Positions 10,108 to 20,444 are shown, counted from the first letter of the whole stretch. The stretch: DNA of 62,643 bases, filler included, from Myxococcota bacterium (GCA_023150835.1; 3 parts of 3 records of this genome joined end to end with filler, not necessarily neighbours in it); one strand, 5' to 3'. Program-made: numbers and translations. The notes: generated by a model from the sequence alone, not told the origin.

Positions 10108-13100
10108 ATGAGGAAGATCGCAAGATGGATGATGATCTGGGGGCTGTGGTGGGGATGGAGCGGCGCAAGCTTGGCGCAGCCGCTCCCGCCAAACAACGAT
10201 ACCGCCTCCCCTCCCAAAGCAGCGCAGGACAAGGCCGCTTCGGAATGGAACGCCACGATGGTGTTGACGGCTCCCCGCCTGCGCTCGTGGTGGGATATGT
10301 TGGAAAAAGCCAAACAACGGGGGATCTGGTCGCCTCGCTTCGATCAAGAGCTTGGCAAACTCCAAACGGAGCTACAAAGCGCCATCCGCAACAAACTCAA
10401 ACAAGAACCCAAAGGTGATCTGCCTGCTTTGCTAGAACAGATCGGACTGTCTTTGACCGCACAAGTCGGGGTCAGCCAATGGAGACGTTCGAGCCAACCG
10501 GCCTTTCGCCCTTCGCGTGAGGTGATGGTCATCACCCTTTCTGCGGATGGAGAGCGACTGACACAGATGTTTGCCTCCCGAAGAGGACACACGGTGCGCT
10601 GGCTTCCCGAAAACCAAACCGATCAAGTGATGATGGAGGCTCGCCATGACCGCGAATGGCTGAGCGGTCTGCGCTTTGGTAATCGTTTTCATTTCTTTGT
10701 GCGCGACAAAGAACCGATGTTCCAAGGCTTTGTCGCTCCATCGCCTGAACAACTCAAATCGTGGCAAGCCTCCGAAGAAACCTTCCGCAACGAGGTATAT
10801 GCCTTTTTGCGCGATCATCGGGGCTTTTTGACGCAGGCGATCCGAGCCCACGCCTCGGCATCTTCGCTCAAGCCCAACGCGGATCAGCTTGTGTGGGGCA
10901 GTGTGGCCTTGCGCGGTCTCCCCAACACAACCGACCTCGAAAAAGCAAAGCGTTTTGTGCATGGTGTTTCCTTTGCCGCCGAAACCAAGGGCGATCGCGT
11001 CAAAGCCTCTGTCGCGGTGCTGGGTCAGCCATCCTTTGGGCCTTTTTTGAAACCCACCACCCCCATCCAAGCCCCCCTGTCGATTGAACAAGCCGTGCCT
11101 TCGGGATTGTTGTACTTACAATCGTTGCACCTGAACTTTCCAGCTTTTGGCGAGATCCCCGCACAGCTCGGACGGATCGGAGCGATCCAACAAAAAGAGC
11201 TGTTTTCGCTTTATATGGGCTACGGCATGATCGATAGCGTTGCCGCGCAGTTGGGCGTCCGCCTCCATGATCTGTGGGGGCCGATGAACGGGCAGATCCT
11301 ATTTGGCCTCTTGGATCGCCCTTGGATCCGCGAAAGTCTGGCCCAACGAAGACCGACGGCGGCGATCACTTCGCCCTTTTTGCTGCTGGGGATGAAAGAG
11401 GGTCAATCGGCTGCGGCATGGGTTGAGCGCGTTGCAAAGGTTTGGCCCAAAGTCGTGCAGATGTACCCGCGCATCGGCCAAATGTTCTCCGTCACCACAC
11501 AAGACCAAGACGGCGCAAAGCTCGCCCACATCTCAAGGCTCGGCCAAACTGTCGTGACGATCGCTGGACGCGATCGCTGGCTGCTTCTTACGGCTTCTCC
11601 CCGCACTTCCGAGATCTTCGTGCAGATGTGGAACGGAAAGCTCCCGACACTTGCACAAAGCCAAGATGCCCTCAAGACCGCACTTTCCGAGCGCATGACA
11701 CACTTCGGCGCGGTCGATCTTGGCGCGCTCTTGCCGCTCTTGCCAAAACGCGCATGGCCCCGAGACTTCCGCAAGATGCCCGACGAAGCCAAACAGTTTT
11801 TCCTCACCGCCTTGCTCGCACTTCCAACCCCCCGCTTTGGCCTTGAAGCCAAAGGCAACGACCTTCACCTCGAATTCGCCGCCCAGATCTTCCCCGTCAA
11901 CGAAGACCTCAAAGCCAAGGTCGCAGCACTACTCAAACGCCTCAAACGCCCGATCCCCTACTGGCAAAGACGGCGGTACGCCCCCTCGATTCCGCCCATG
12001 CCTCCGAGCAAAAACGAACCTGCTGTACCGCCCATGCCTCCGAGCAAAAACGAACCTGCTGTACCGCCCATGCCTCCGAGCAAAAACGAACCTGCCGTAC
12101 CGCCCGTCCTTCCTACACCTCCCCACAAAACGGAACCCGCTGTCCCTCCGATGCCGCCACGCGTTCCTTCGGAGGATATACCGACTCCTGCTGCGCGACC
12201 CGCACAAAAGATCGTCCCGGGCTTGTCATGGGTTGGCGCACCATCGCTCGGCCCCGCCGATGCACCCGTCACCATCGTCGCCTTTTCAGACTTCCAATGC
12301 CCCTTTTGCGCACGAGCCTCCCATACCATCAACAGACTCTTCGGCGATTTTAACGGAAAGATCCGCCTTGTCTTCAAACATCGCCCCCTCTCTTTTCATA
12401 AAAACGCCAAACCTGCGGCTATCGCTGCGATGGCTGCACACCGCCAAGGCAAGTTCTGGCCCTATCACGACAAACTCTTCGCGAACTTCCGACGGCTCGA
12501 ACGGAGCGATCTTGTCGCTTATGCCCGTGAGATCGGCCTTGAGATGGCCCAGTTTGAAAGCGACATCGAAGATCCCTCCCTCAAAAAATACGTCGAAGCG
12601 GACGACGCGATGGGCGTCCGTGTCGGTGCAAACGGCACCCCCACCTTTTTTATCAACGGCTTCCGCATCGTCGGCGCACAACCCCCCGCACGCTTCCAAC
12701 AAGCCATCCGCGAGATCCTCTCTGGCAAGGCCCCCTCTCTCGCACGCCCCCATCGACCCTATCGCCCTCGCGCACCCCAACCTCCCGCCACCCCCATCGC
12801 GATCACCCTCGGACAAGCCCCCACATGGGGCCCCGACAACGCTCCCGTCACTGTCGTGATCTTCTCCGACTTTGAATGCCCCTTCTGCTCTCGCGCCAAC
12901 CGCACCCTTGACGCCATCAAACAAGCCTACCCGGGACAAGTCCGTTTCGCCTTCAAACATATGCCGCTGCCCTTTCACCGAAACGCAAAGCCCGCAGCCA
13001 TCGCCTCCATGGCCGCACACCGACAAGGCAAGTTCTGGGAGTACCACGATAAGCTTTTCGCTGATTACCGTAACCTCAACCGCGAAAAATTTCTGCAAAT

Positions 13101-13308
13101 CGCCGAACAGCTCGGCCTCGACACCCAACGCTTCCAAACCGACCTCGAAGATCCTGCCCTCCAAAGCCTCGTCGAAGCTGATATGGCCTACGCCCGCCGT
13201 ATCGGTGTCAACGGAACCCCCACCTTCTTCGTCAACGGTCGTATGCTCGTCGGCGCACAACCCCTCCCCTCCTTTCAACGCTTGATCGACCCCATCCTCA
13301 AAAAATAA
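10108..13308 (+). CDS. exported protein with two C-terminal DsbA-family thioredoxin domains
   Basis: Signal peptide; two copies of FSDFxCPFC...GTPTFFxNG...GAQP; AAGGAG RBS. Confidence 0.85.
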   Translation: MRKIARWMMIWGLWWGWSGASLAQPLPPNNDTASPPKAAQDKAASEWNATMVLTAPRLRSWWDMLEKAKQRGIWSPRFDQELGKLQTELQSAIRNKLKQEPKGDLPALLEQIGLSLTAQVGVSQWRRSSQPAFRPSREVMVITLSADGERLTQMFASRRGHTVRWLPENQTDQVMMEARHDREWLSGLRFGNRFHFFVRDKEPMFQGFVAPSPEQLKSWQASEETFRNEVYAFLRDHRGFLTQAIRAHASASSLKPNADQLVWGSVALRGLPNTTDLEKAKRFVHGVSFAAETKGDRVKASVAVLGQPSFGPFLKPTTPIQAPLSIEQAVPSGLLYLQSLHLNFPAFGEIPAQLGRIGAIQQKELFSLYMGYGMIDSVAAQLGVRLHDLWGPMNGQILFGLLDRPWIRESLAQRRPTAAITSPFLLLGMKEGQSAAAWVERVAKVWPKVVQMYPRIGQMFSVTTQDQDGAKLAHISRLGQTVVTIAGRDRWLLLTASPRTSEIFVQMWNGKLPTLAQSQDALKTALSERMTHFGAVDLGALLPLLPKRAWPRDFRKMPDEAKQFFLTALLALPTPRFGLEAKGNDLHLEFAAQIFPVNEDLKAKVAALLKRLKRPIPYWQRRRYAPSIPPMPPSKNEPAVPPMPPSKNEPAVPPMPPSKNEPAVPPVLPTPPHKTEPAVPPMPPRVPSEDIPTPAARPAQKIVPGLSWVGAPSLGPADAPVTIVAFSDFQCPFCARASHTINRLFGDFNGKIRLVFKHRPLSFHKNAKPAAIAAMAAHRQGKFWPYHDKLFANFRRLERSDLVAYAREIGLEMAQFESDIEDPSLKKYVEADDAMGVRVGANGTPTFFINGFRIVGAQPPARFQQAIREILSGKAPSLARPHRPYRPRAPQPPATPIAITLGQAPTWGPDNAPVTVVIFSDFECPFCSRANRTLDAIKQAYPGQVRFAFKHMPLPFHRNAKPAAIASMAAHRQGKFWEYHDKLFADYRNLNREKFLQIAEQLGLDTQRFQTDLEDPALQSLVEADMAYARRIGVNGTPTFFVNGRMLVGAQPLPSFQRLIDPILKK
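11992..12099 (+). repeat. in-frame 36-bp tandem repeat x3 (PPMPPSKNEPAV)
   Basis: Direct reading of linker region. Confidence 0.9.
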
Positions 13309-13428
13309 TACGAAACCCGCAGGGTATGATCGCAAAACGTAGGGGCTGCCCCCCGTGACTGCCCACAAACAGGGCGTTTACAGCGGATCGCGTCAACACA
13401 CAGATCACGCTTCTCTCGGAGAATCGTA
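13309..13428 (+). repeat. family 1 repeat copy
   Basis: tacgaaacccgcaggg...gtaggggctgcccccgtgactgccc...tcgta directly after the stop codon. Confidence 0.8.
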
Positions 13429-13513
13429 TCACCCCCCTCGCTCCGCCCTCCTCGCCCAAGCCTTGCCTTTTCTCAAAATCTCCTCTATTTTGCACAAAGC
13501 AAGCCAACAGACA

Positions 13514-13529
13514 TGGCTCAGCCCTTGCA
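13514..13529 (+). promoter_or_regulatory. putative sigma-54 (-24/-12) site upstream of rpoN
   Basis: TGGCTCAGCCCTTGCA = GG-N10-GC; a second, oppositely oriented GG-N10-GC lies at 13491-13506. Confidence 0.5.
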
Positions 13530-13664
13530 ATGCCGCCGTTCCCTGCGCCTCTCGGACCCTCTTTCTCAACGCTGCCCCCCTCTCTCAGCGCACGTTGGCC
13601 TCCCAAGGAAACGAATCGGCACGCGATCCTTCACCCCTGTCGCACGAACGCCGGAGGCTTTTCG

Positions 13665-15284
13665 ATGAACCGCATCGGCATCGGATTGGAACACCGCCAG
13701 ACCCTACGCCTCGAACACAGACTGGTCATCACGCCTCAACTCCAACAGGCGATCAAGCTCTTGCAGCTCAACAACATCGAGATGGCCGATATCCTTCAAG
13801 AAGAGCTGCTCGAAAACCCCATGCTCGAACAACAAGACGAAGAAGACGAAGACTGGGACAACGAACGCCGCGAACCCGATCTCTCGGAAGAAACCTCCTT
13901 TGGCAACGAAGAAGACGAAAACCGCGCAGAAGCCGCACAAATCGACGCACAACTCCCCGAACTCCTCTCTCCCGAAGAACAAACCGACCAAGCCGTACCC
14001 GACAATTTCAACGAAGTCGACTGGGAAGCCTACTTCCAAGACATGGAGTTCTCCACCCCCAGCCTCCCTTCCAACCGCGAAGACTTCGACGCCGACCTCC
14101 CCACCCTCGAATCACGCCTCACTCCCGAAGAGACGATGATCGAACACCTGATGCAACAACTCCGCTTGCTTCGCCTTGATGACGACACCCGCGAAATGGC
14201 CGCACTGATCATCGGCAACCTCAACGAAGACGGCTGGCTCGTCATGGACGACTCAAACCCACACGACGCACTCACCCTACTCGCCGAACAAATGTCTCTC
14301 CAAGAACGCTCACAACATGGCGAAAAAAACACGGGCGGCGAAAGCCTTGAGGAAAGCATCGAGTACTGGCGCGAGATCGCCGAAGAAGCCCTTGAAGTCG
14401 TCCAAAGCCTCGAACCCGCCGGCATGGGCGCACGAAACCTCCAAGAAAGCCTGCTGATCCAACTCAAACAACGCGACGACGACAACGATATCCCCCTCCT
14501 CCAACGCCTCGTCAGTGAACATCTCAAAAATCTCGAACGCCGAAACTTCGCTGCCATCGGCAAAAAAATGCGTATCTCTCTGCTCGCACTCCTCGATGCC
14601 GCCGAACAGATCGGACAAATGGACCCTCGCCCGGGACGACACTTCCAAAATGATCCCTCCTTCTACATCACCCCCGATATCTACGTCCGCAAAGTCAACG
14701 ACCAATACTACATCACCCTCAACGACGACGGTCTGCCCAAACTCAAGATCAGCCAGTTCTACAAACAAGCCATGCGCGGACAAGCCCAAGGCAAAGAATT
14801 CATCCAAGAAAAACTCCGCAACGCCACTTGGCTGCTCCGCTCCATCCACCAACGACAACAAACCATCTACAAAGTGACCGACTCCATCGTCAAACGCCAA
14901 CGCGACTTCTTCGACTTTGGCCTCCAATACCTCAAACCCATGATCCTACGCGATGTCGCCGAAGACATCGAAATGCACGAGTCCACCGTCAGTCGCGTCA
15001 CCACCAACAAATACGTCCACACCCCACAAGGCGTCTTTGAACTCAAGTTCTTCTTTACCTCCAGCCTCCAAGCCACCGACGGCGGCGACGATGTCTCCAG
15101 CTTGACGGTCAAAGAAAAGATCAAGAAGATGATCGCCGACGAAGATCCCCGCGATCCACTCTCCGATCAACAGATCGTCAAACTCCTCGAAAGCGAAAGC
15201 ATCCAGATCGCACGCCGCACCGTTGCCAAATACCGAAACATCCTTAACATCCCGTCCTCTAGCCGCCGAAAGCAGCTTTTTTAA
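13665..15284 (+). CDS. rpoN: RNA polymerase sigma-54 factor
   Basis: ITPQLQQAIKLLQL region I, HESTVSRVT, RpoN box ARRTVAKYR; GGAGG RBS. Confidence 0.97.
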   Translation: MNRIGIGLEHRQTLRLEHRLVITPQLQQAIKLLQLNNIEMADILQEELLENPMLEQQDEEDEDWDNERREPDLSEETSFGNEEDENRAEAAQIDAQLPELLSPEEQTDQAVPDNFNEVDWEAYFQDMEFSTPSLPSNREDFDADLPTLESRLTPEETMIEHLMQQLRLLRLDDDTREMAALIIGNLNEDGWLVMDDSNPHDALTLLAEQMSLQERSQHGEKNTGGESLEESIEYWREIAEEALEVVQSLEPAGMGARNLQESLLIQLKQRDDDNDIPLLQRLVSEHLKNLERRNFAAIGKKMRISLLALLDAAEQIGQMDPRPGRHFQNDPSFYITPDIYVRKVNDQYYITLNDDGLPKLKISQFYKQAMRGQAQGKEFIQEKLRNATWLLRSIHQRQQTIYKVTDSIVKRQRDFFDFGLQYLKPMILRDVAEDIEMHESTVSRVTTNKYVHTPQGVFELKFFFTSSLQATDGGDDVSSLTVKEKIKKMIADEDPRDPLSDQQIVKLLESESIQIARRTVAKYRNILNIPSSSRRKQLF

Positions 15285-15304
15285 AGGATCGGACACCACC
15301 GCCC

Positions 15305-15775
15305 ATGATCAAGATCGCCGACATCCTCGAACAACAGGCCATTATCCCTCGCCTCGCTGGACACACCCGCGAAGAAGTCTTGCGCGAACTCGCCAACCAA
15401 ATGGCCCATGCCTACGCCTCCATGCAACTCCAACCCGACGAGATCTACACTCTCCTCCTCGAACGCGAAAAGATCAGCAGTACCGGCATCGGCAGCGGCC
15501 TTGCCATCCCCCATGCCCGCATCCCCGGACTGCCCAAACTCTTCGCCGCTCTCGGCATCAGCCCCGAGGGCATCGACGTCGACGCCGCCGACGCCAAACC
15601 TGCCTCCGTCTTCTTCGTCCTGCTCGCACCCGAAGGCGCACACCGCAACCACCTCAGCGCATTGGCCCGCATCTGCCGCCTCTTCAAAGGCACCCCCTTG
15701 AGTAAAAAACTCATGGAACAACAATCCTCCGAAGACATATACTCCACCATGCTCCAACAAGACAACCATCTCTAA
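15305..15775 (+). CDS. ptsN: PTS IIA nitrogen-regulatory component
   Basis: EREKISSTGIGSGLAIPHAR, HLSALARI; follows rpoN. Confidence 0.9.
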   Translation: MIKIADILEQQAIIPRLAGHTREEVLRELANQMAHAYASMQLQPDEIYTLLLEREKISSTGIGSGLAIPHARIPGLPKLFAALGISPEGIDVDAADAKPASVFFVLLAPEGAHRNHLSALARICRLFKGTPLSKKLMEQQSSEDIYSTMLQQDNHL

Positions 15776-15884
15776 ACCACGAGAATCCAATGCCAAACCA
15801 ACCAACGCCTACCTCAACCAAATCGGCGCAACAACCAACGGCAACACACCCGTTTTGACGCCCACAAAGACGGAGATTGTTTCG

Positions 15885-16745
15885 ATGATTCGCCACCTTG
15901 TGGTTATTACCGGCATGAGCGGCTCTGGAAAAAGCATCGCTGCCAAAACCCTCGAAGACAGCGGCTATTTCTGCGTTGACAACCTCCCTCTCCCTCTCCT
16001 CCCCAACCTTCTCGAAACCCTCGAAGCACGCCACACCTCTCTCGAATACGTCGCTGTCGTCACAGATACCCGTCAACCCGGCTTCGCCGGCCACGAAGCC
16101 CAAACCCTTCGCGCCCTCTTCCAACAACTCCGCTACGAAGCTCGTCTCCTCTTCCTCGATTCCCAAGACGATATCCTCGCACGCCGTTATGCTGAAAGCC
16201 GACGCCCTCATCCCATGGACCACCGCACCGTCTCCGAAGGCATCCGCCGCGAACGCGCTCTGCTCGCCTCTTTCCGCGAAGAAGCCGACCTCATCCTCGA
16301 TACCTCACTCCTCGAACCTCGCCAACTCCGACAACGCCTCCGCGAAGCCTTCGATGTCCAACACGAAACCGAACGCCTCCGCATCTCTGTCCTCTCCTTT
16401 GGCTTCAAATACGGCCCTCCCATGGACGCCGATATGCTCTTTGATGTCCGCTTCCTCCCCAACCCCTACTGGGTTGAAAGCCTTCGCCCCCGCACCGGCG
16501 AAGAATCCGAAGTCATCGACTTCCTCGAAAAACAAGACGCCACCGCCACTTTCCTCGATCACCTCCGCTCCATGCTCTCCTTCATCCTACCCCAATTCCA
16601 AAGCAGCGACCGGCACTACCTCACCATCGCCATCGGATGCACGGGCGGACAACATCGCTCCGTCTACATCGCTCGCACTCTCCAATCCTACCTCCAACAA
16701 CTCGGAACTCCCGCCTTCCTCATGCACCGCGATATCCGACGCTGA
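15885..16745 (+). CDS. rapZ: RNase adapter RapZ
   Basis: GMSGSGKS, CVDNLP, SFGFKYG, DVRFLPNPY, IGCTGGQHRSV. Confidence 0.95.
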   Translation: MIRHLVVITGMSGSGKSIAAKTLEDSGYFCVDNLPLPLLPNLLETLEARHTSLEYVAVVTDTRQPGFAGHEAQTLRALFQQLRYEARLLFLDSQDDILARRYAESRRPHPMDHRTVSEGIRRERALLASFREEADLILDTSLLEPRQLRQRLREAFDVQHETERLRISVLSFGFKYGPPMDADMLFDVRFLPNPYWVESLRPRTGEESEVIDFLEKQDATATFLDHLRSMLSFILPQFQSSDRHYLTIAIGCTGGQHRSVYIARTLQSYLQQLGTPAFLMHRDIRR

Positions 16746-16776
16746 ACCTCAACCTCACCCAAAAGGAGATGACGCC

Positions 16777-17085
16777 GTGGAACCACCACACGAATGGCTC
16801 GAACAATGCGTCGAGATCCGCTGCCCCAAAGGACTCCACATGCGCCCCGCAAGCGCCATCGCCAAAATCGCCCGCAGCTTCAACGCCGAGATCTTTTTGT
16901 GCAAAGCTGGCCTCGAAGCCTCCGCCACCAGCGTCATCAAACTGCTCCAACTCGAAGCCTCCGCTGGCACACTCCTCTCTCTGCGCGCTCGCGGCCCCGA
17001 CGCTCTCTCCGCTCTCCACGCCATCTGCGCTCAACTCCAACTCGTCGACTCACACCCCAAACTCTCCCCACCCTCCGAGTCTTAA
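16777..17085 (+). CDS. HPr-family phosphocarrier protein
   Basis: GLHMRPAS (His15 motif) and SATSVIKLLQL (Ser46 region); GTG start after AGGAG. Confidence 0.88.
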   Translation: MEPPHEWLEQCVEIRCPKGLHMRPASAIAKIARSFNAEIFLCKAGLEASATSVIKLLQLEASAGTLLSLRARGPDALSALHAICAQLQLVDSHPKLSPPSES

Positions 17086-17128
17086 CCCCCTCCAACTCTC
17101 TTGAAACGCTTCGCCCACCGTTCGCCTC

Positions 17129-17258
17129 CGCCCACAAATCCCAACAACCTCCGCTCCTCGTTCTCTTCGCCTTCGCCCACAAATCCCAACAACCTCCGCT
17201 CCTCGTTCTCTTCGCCTTCGCCCACAAATCCCAACAACCTCCGCTCCTCGTTCTCTTC
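17129..17258. repeat. 45-bp tandem repeat (~3 copies) running into contig end
   Basis: cgcccacaaatcccaacaacctccgctcctcgttctcttcgcctt at 17129, 17174, 17219. Confidence 0.9.
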
Positions 17259-17358
17259 NNNNNNNNNNNNNNNNNNNNNNNNNNNNNNNNNNNNNNNNNN
17301 NNTTAATTAATTAANNNNNNNNNNNNNNNNNNNNNNNNNNNNNNNNNNNNNNNNNNNN
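17259..17358. other. artificial contig linker
   Basis: 44 N + TTAATTAATTAA (stop in all frames) + 44 N. Confidence 0.97.
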
Positions 17359-17390
17359 CAACAGATATCGCTGCTTTAGACACCCTCTTA

Positions 17391-17451
17391 TACGAGATCC
17401 GCTCGTTGTGTGATCGTAAAAATGTAGGGGCAGCCCCCTGTGGCTGCCCAA
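17391..17451 (+). repeat. family 1 repeat, 5' half
   Basis: tacgagatccgc...gtaggggcagccccctgtggctgccc. Confidence 0.8.
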
Positions 17452-17583
17452 GAAGTGAGGGGTCAGAACATCGCGGATCCAACCACCTTCTCTCCAGAGC
17501 AAACCTTTTTCGCAAACACCCTCTGATATCTCAGGGTTCCCCTTTTCAACTGCGTAAGTCGTATATGCAGTGGCCAAAAAAAG

Positions 17584-17703
17584 CCGTGTTCGCGAGACTT
17601 CAAGCGAGAGGGTCGCCGATTTGAAAAACAGTGATCGTTTCGCCTATATGGGGTCAAGGGGCCTTCGGTCCCTTGTGGGGCGTGGGGTGAAACCCCACCA
17701 AAC
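17584..17703 (+). repeat. dispersed repeat family 2 copy
   Basis: CCGTGTTCG...TCAAGCGA...TTGAAAAA...GGGGTCAAGG...GGGCGTGGGG..AAACCCC; matches 35137-35257 and the reverse complement of 42244-42365. Confidence 0.8.
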
Positions 17704-17822
17704 ACAAGCCAACAGGATTTGTGGTTCGGTGGTCTGTGGGAGTGTGGGGATGGTTGTAGCGTGCGGAGGTGGTTTTGTGATAGAGCGGTAGCGTACTATC
17801 GCGACGGAAGTGGAGGGCCTCG

Positions 17823-19625
17823 ATGCGAACGATGTGTTTTCGTGGATGGTTGTGGTGTTTTGGGATCGTGGGTGGGTGTTGGAGTGTGGAGGTTGCTGCG
17901 AGGCCAGCGGCATCGCAAAAGGGAAAAGAGGAGGCTCGCTCGACGGTGGGAGAAGTGTGGTTGAAGAGCGAGCGAAAAGTGCGTTGGATACGGCCTCCCG
18001 GTTTGTTTTGGCCGTATCAAGATCTGTTGAGGCGTGCGGTGTATCAGGGTTGGATCGCGCAGACCACGCGGCCAAGCGATGAAGACGAAAAAGGATCGCA
18101 AGAGATCGCCAAAAAAGCCGAACAGATGGGGATTGCGCAGAATGGGATCTCCTTGCGTGATGCGCTAAAAAGGCTGATCAGCGACAACCCAGCGTTGAAG
18201 CGCGAACGCTTGCTTTTGCGGATCGCGGCAGCGGATCTGATGCGTGCGCGGGGGGCGTTTGGTTTTGATCTGAACTTGGATCTGACGGCTTCGCACATTA
18301 CGGAGCCACAGGGGATTCAAAACTTTTTGACGGGCGGGGCGTCGATCAACGTCGATGCGGTGCGCGAAGGTTGGAGTGTCGATGGAAATATCCGCCTCGA
18401 CAAGCGCTTTGAATCAGGGACGACGTTATCGGCGATCTTTGCGAACCGTTGGGGGAATGTGAATCGCTTGTTTTACGATCTTGAAGGGAAGCTGTTGGCA
18501 GATCGAAGTGTGCAGATCGAGACGGTGAACACTTCGTTTACGCTGCAAGCAACACAAGCGTTTTTGCGGGGGGCTTTTTTGGAGCCGAACCTTGTGCCGA
18601 TCTGGCAATCGGAAGAGGGCTTACGCAAAGTCCACGATCAGCTTGCGGGGGTCGTCACGCAGTATGCGGCGCAGACGATTCGGGCGTATTGGGATCTGGT
18701 GTTTGCGCGGGCCAACCGTCAGATCCAACAAGGTGCGTTGGATCTGGCGGAAGAGCAGTTGCGTACGACGCTTGCGCTGATCCAAGGGGGCAAAAAGTCG
18801 CCGTTGGAGCGTTATGAGGCCGAACAAGCGGTGGCGCAGCGCAGAGGGAGTCTTTTGCAAGCGGAAAACACGGTGGACGATGCGATGACATCGGTGCGTA
18901 CGTTGCTTGGGATGGAGAATGGAGCGGCTCCTGAACCTTCTGAACCCCCTGCGCAAGCGGCGGATGTACCGGATCTTCCGACATTGCTTAAACAAGTGGA
19001 GCGTTCGAGTATTGAGCTAATGGTGGCGCATCGCGATGCTCGGATCGCAAAGTTAGCGCTGATCGCCTCGAAGAATGCGACACTTCCGCAGTTGGACGGC
19101 AATATCGGTTTTACTTTTCGCGGTTTGGGCAACACGGTACAAGGGGCTGCAACGAACCTGCAACCGTTCCCTCGGGCCTACAGTACGTTGTTTGATCCAT
19201 ACACACACAACTTCCAAGTGGGTGTGGTGCTGCGGATCCCGCTCGATAACCGCCAAGCAGCGGGCCTATACGAGCGCCAACAAGTCGAGTCGCAACGTGC
19301 CGAGATGCAGCTCACGGTGATCCGCCAGCAGCTTCGTTTGGATCTGCAAAGGCTCCATTCGATCGCGTTGCGGACGCGCCAACGCATCCCGATCGCCCGT
19401 GTTTCGTTGATCTTGGCGCAAAAGAAGCTTGAGGCCGAGCAGCTACGCTACAAATTAGGCCAAAGCACGCTGTTTACGCTGCTTCAATACCAACAAGATC
19501 TTGCGACGGCGCAGCTCGAAGAAGTGCGCGCACGGGTGGACTTGCAAAAAGCCGCCATCGCGATCTACGAGCGCGCAGGTCTGTTGCTTGAGCGCTACGG
19601 TATCGCGCAAAAGAAAGCCGACTGA
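17823..19625 (+). CDS. TolC family outer membrane efflux protein
   Basis: Signal peptide; AYWDLVFA, LPQLD, LRIPLDNRQA, EQLRYKLGQST patterns of the OEP repeats. Confidence 0.88.
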   Translation: MRTMCFRGWLWCFGIVGGCWSVEVAARPAASQKGKEEARSTVGEVWLKSERKVRWIRPPGLFWPYQDLLRRAVYQGWIAQTTRPSDEDEKGSQEIAKKAEQMGIAQNGISLRDALKRLISDNPALKRERLLLRIAAADLMRARGAFGFDLNLDLTASHITEPQGIQNFLTGGASINVDAVREGWSVDGNIRLDKRFESGTTLSAIFANRWGNVNRLFYDLEGKLLADRSVQIETVNTSFTLQATQAFLRGAFLEPNLVPIWQSEEGLRKVHDQLAGVVTQYAAQTIRAYWDLVFARANRQIQQGALDLAEEQLRTTLALIQGGKKSPLERYEAEQAVAQRRGSLLQAENTVDDAMTSVRTLLGMENGAAPEPSEPPAQAADVPDLPTLLKQVERSSIELMVAHRDARIAKLALIASKNATLPQLDGNIGFTFRGLGNTVQGAATNLQPFPRAYSTLFDPYTHNFQVGVVLRIPLDNRQAAGLYERQQVESQRAEMQLTVIRQQLRLDLQRLHSIALRTRQRIPIARVSLILAQKKLEAEQLRYKLGQSTLFTLLQYQQDLATAQLEEVRARVDLQKAAIAIYERAGLLLERYGIAQKKAD

Positions 19626-19641
19626 GGAAGGTGTGGCTGTT

Positions 19642-19698
19642 GTTTGGTGCGGGGTGTCACCCCACGCCAAACAAGGGAACTGCGTCGCCTTGACCCCG
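19642..19698 (-). repeat. family 2 repeat, partial (terminal hairpins)
   Basis: Reverse complement cggggtcaagg...ccttg...gcgtggggtgacacccc. Confidence 0.65.
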
Positions 19699-19952
19699 TT
19701 TTGGCGGGGCGAACAGAGGTTTCCACACAGATCATGCGATATGTCGGGTGGTTCGGAGAGCTATGTCGGGAGGTCGGAGAGATAGGCGTTTGTGTATCTT
19801 CTTACGAAATTTTGTGCGGAAAGTCTTTGTGTCGTAAGAAATAGTGTGGACACAAGAGTCTCGAGATGTTAAAACAAAATCGTTCGATCCGTTTGGCAAT
19901 GCCTCCAACCCGATAAGTCGGGGACTACATCGTAAACAAAGGAGATCTGGTC

Positions 19953-20444
19953 ATGCCTTTGCCGTTAATTCCTCTCATCATTGGCGGCGTTTCTTTGATC
20001 GCTGGGGCGATCGGAGCCAAAAAGGGCTACGACGGTGTCGTAGACATGAACGAAGCGAACAAGATCGCAGAAGAAGCGAAAACTAGGTTGGAGCGCCATC
20101 AGGTCGGGTTGGAAGTGGAAAGAACCCGAACACAAAAAGCAGCGGAAGAATACGGAAAACAGTTGCTTTTGATGAAAAAAGAGACCCTTCAATCTTTTTT
20201 AGATTTTCTCCAATCCATCGAGCGAAACGGTGAGCAAGAAGCCATGCTGCGCCACTTGTCGGATATCGGTATCCAAAAGACGGAGATCCAAGAGTACAAA
20301 ATCGGCGTCAAAGATGCCGTTCACCTCTTGGGCGGTGCGGCAGCTGCCGTGGCTGGCGGTGCGGCGGCAGACGTTTGGAGATACCGCCCACAAGAAACGA
20401 CCACAAGAAATGGCGAGGGACCTGATGAGTGTTGCAGTTCTTGA
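19953..20444 (+). pseudogene. probably truncated coiled-coil / glycine-zipper membrane protein
   Basis: AGGAG RBS, MPLPLIPLIIGG TM start, coiled coil, then the Gly/Ala zipper (GGAAAAVAGGAAA) breaks into unrelated sequence overlapping the next gene. Confidence 0.45.

Noticed and set aside
15976-16776. Apparent long N-terminal extension on HPr (369-aa ORF)
   Set aside because: Alternate frame inside rapZ; HPr has its own RBS and GTG at 16777
17129-17258. 45-bp repeats as CRISPR
   Set aside because: Head-to-tail with no spacers; possibly the 3' end of a minus-strand gene cut by the contig end
17303-17314. TTAATTAATTAA palindrome inside N runs (also 46152-46163)
   Set aside because: Identical 100-bp artificial contig linkers, not biological
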